Part shown: piece after piece, positions 61,321 through 64,000 of the stretch
Numbering within the stretch: the stretch's first letter is position 1
How the letters are laid out: every line of letters starts with the position of its first letter
Assembly (NCBI GenBank): GCA_036172245.1
Contig: JAYWIR010000001.1
Coordinates: forward strand, 11,780,001 to 11,844,000
Reading direction: 5' to 3'
Source of the DNA: Raillietiella orientalis
Lineage: Eukaryota
Length of the DNA stretch: 64,000 nucleotides
Translations under genes and position numbers: made by a program
Notes under the pieces: generated by a model
The model's input: the letters and a program-made list of their open reading frames with translations, nothing else
What the model was told of the DNA's origin: nothing
The model's database searches: none

Positions 61321-64000
61321 TTTGAGGAATTCGCCGGCATCCTGTCACGGCTATTGGGACTAGGCAGGATCTCCAGTCCTGCCTTGGCTGCAAGTCTACC
61401 GTGCTCTTCATCTGTTTGGCGGACGCCTGGCGTGACCGAGTGACTTTTCCTCCCTGAGCGGCGACATGCTTTTGGATGTCCTGAGGAGTCAGAGGGGATG
61501 GTCAGTCATCAGTACGAGGCGTGCCGGTGAAGAAGGGGGGAAGGGAGAAGAGTTCTTTCAGCAACCCATCCGCCTCCTCCGCAGTTCGGCAACGCGCGCG
61601 GACGCGACGGGCAAACTCAAACTCCATTTCTCCCTATCGAAACGTCCAGGAGGCTTTCGGACCGGTGCCCGCGGTCGCTACACAGAGTCCTTAACCTTTG
61701 ATGGCTTCCAGCCTTCCTTTTCGTGGACACCACCATCCCTTCCTTGTCGACCGGTTTGGCAAGTTCTTCGCATGCGGCTGCAGGTGGGCGTTAAGAGAGG
61801 GTTTGTTGGCACCGGCATGTCGATTTCGTGGGGCATCCTTCCTTGATAAGGTCGGCCGTGTTTCGGACAGAACAGCGGGAAGCTCCCTCTAGGGTGAGTC
61901 TTGGCAGAGAATGTCTTCAGGAGATGGGGTCCTGTCTGGACAAGACCCGGAGCAATCTCGCCAGAATCCTGGGCAGGATGCAGAGGACGCCTCGCTACGA
62001 GCTGCGATCCCTTCCGATTTCCAGGAGCCGCTGGAGGATGTCGGAAAGGGAACCAAGAGGCGGAAGATTCATCAGAGATGATCGGTGGACGAGCTAGGTG
62101 CAGGTGGGAGGTCGGTTGGCGACGACGACATCACGACTTTCAGCTTCGGGAGCGGACGTCGTTCGTTCGCGAAAGGCCAAGGGTGAAAAGGCGAGGCTAA
62201 AGGTGTCACGTAAGAGGATGCCTATTGAGGAAGCTCCAGGCTTCAGGGCACTTGGAGCTGCGTTTCTTTTTTTCCCCTCTTTTTTGGTTGGCCATCATCG
62301 GAGGGAACGGGAACGTCAACGACAACAACCAGCGCAACTGTCCTGCATCCAGTTGTTGGTTGTTTTCCTTTCTTCCCTCCCTCCCTCATTTTGGAAAATC
62401 ACCTGCTTTGAGGGCGAAGTCGATAGCCTGGGGGTCGACAGCCTCCCGCCGGCGCCTGTGGCCGCACACGTCACGCTGCCTGCATCCAAACTTTCCATTT
62501 CAGTTCCGGCTTTCGTCTTGCCGCTATGCGTTCACTAGGCCCTGCTCGGCAAGTGGCTGCCATGTGCAACCGTACGCGCACACATGTACCATATGAACCC
62601 TTTGAGTGCTATGGACGCATCTATGCATCAAATGATTTTTTTCTTTTTAACCTTATGCTCACGACATGAGTTAACACTTATTCATGTTTGATATGGAAGC
62701 ATACACCTGCGTTCCCTTAGCAACGACAGTAAACAAAATTCTATTTATGTCGGCTAGGTATTCTCGTTTTTTCTCGGTGTTGTATAGAATTTATCATATT
62801 GTTTTCTATCTTTGTGATATCTTAAGAATGTGAATGAATTATTGATTTATTCGAATCATAATTTTTAAAGAAATATGCTTGGGAAAAATGAAAACATTTT
62901 ATTTAATGTGGTGTGAATAAACAATTACAATAGCAACTTTAATGATCACTTTCTATAGTCAGTCGGTTCCTCGATCGCGTGCGCGGCACGCGAGAAAGCA
63001 CGCCGTCCACAGGGATCGCCACTGCGACTCGCGTGCCGTCAACATGGGCGTTTACATCTGATGAACTCCGCACCCAAAGGGTAACATTGGCGTTGCCACA
63101 TTGCGAGTGCCGCCATTTTCGACGAAACGACCGCGTGTCGCTCGTCGCCGCGCCCCCTCCCGTCGTACGCGCCCCGTAACGGAGTCCCCCTCTCGCTTTG
63201 CTGGCGTGGAGTCGGCAGGGCGTCCCAGGAGTTTTTATTTGCGCCACCCGCCGTCAAAAAGTCTGGTTTTCTCCCTTCGCCCCCATTGCAGGGGGAGCGC
63301 GCGCGACTCGGGAACCGGGAATGCTTGACGGCGATCCACTGCTGAAGTTCGCTCACGTCACGCGATGGGGGAGAGAGCGCAGCAACAGCAGCAGCAGCCT
63401 TTCCTGTTTCCCGCCTCCCGTTAGCCCATGAGAAGTTCCCGACGGACGCTCGACCGGAAAAGCTGGACCCCCAGGAGGGCGTTTCCTGGAGCAGCGAGCG
63501 CAGTCGAAGTATCGTCAGTGGGTCGGCAGACTGGTTGCTGAGCTGCTGCAGAGACCTCGGCCCAGTGTCGGAGCTTAAAGAATCGAAGGATCTTCGCCCC
63601 CCACGCGCTTTCCCCTTTCGATCGGGGCTCTCGGGAAACAGCCGCCGAGAGAAACCGGAATCCTTTTGAGGATGAAATTGCGGGAAACGCGTACATCCTG
63701 GGTTCCATCAAAAAAGGAAGGGAGAGGGAGAGGACTCGACCGTTTCGTTGCTTATTGTTTGGAGAGACGCTGCGCTTTCGTATTTATTTCTCGCAAGTTC
63801 TTGCAAACTGCCCTGCGAGAACCCCTCTTTTTGGCTTTGTTTTTTTGTGTGTGTGTTGCTCTCAGCGCCATCTGCTTGGCTCGCGGAAACTTCTGGCTGC
63901 CGGTTCCAGTTTGACATTTACTTGTCGAGCCGTTCACGCGAGGTCGAAGTCGCTCGCGGGGGAGGGTTCCCTCCTTTTCTACGTGAAATCTCCTTCACCC

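Noticed and set aside
63421-63880. Minus-strand gene start with a CTCF-like CAGATGGCGC motif upstream
   Set aside because: A single short motif match and an unrecognisable 96-aa ORF are insufficient evidence.

Overview
Eukaryotic (animal, probably arthropod-like) genomic DNA with sharp compositional domains. An AT-rich island (~30.2-36.5 kb) holds the only clearly intact host genes: SF3A2 (three coding exons, 46- and 43-nt introns) and, tail-to-tail with it, a small PH-domain-like ORF. The GC-rich flanks are mostly decayed, shuffled L1/Tx1-clade non-LTR retrotransposon pieces (ORF1 RRM/zinc knuckle, APE endonuclease, RT, zf-RVT, 3' UTR) in both orientations. One 5'-truncated copy (14275-17095) still has a perfect 16-bp target-site duplication but has a YADG catalytic motif and frameshifts. 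Two dispersed modules recur. One is a composite ORF1-tail-like unit with tRNA-like A/B-box and T-arm motifs plus an array of short hairpins (about 8 partial copies, some as near-identical 386-470 bp inverted duplications). The other is a LINE 3'-end module (8 copies) whose complete copies end in AATAAA plus a GC hairpin. Also present are a hAT-like terminal sequence, CR1-like relics, a spliced coiled-coil/transmembrane gene fragment and a perfect 34-bp palindrome. All family assignments come from motifs read by eye; no database searches were run, and relic boundaries are approximate.
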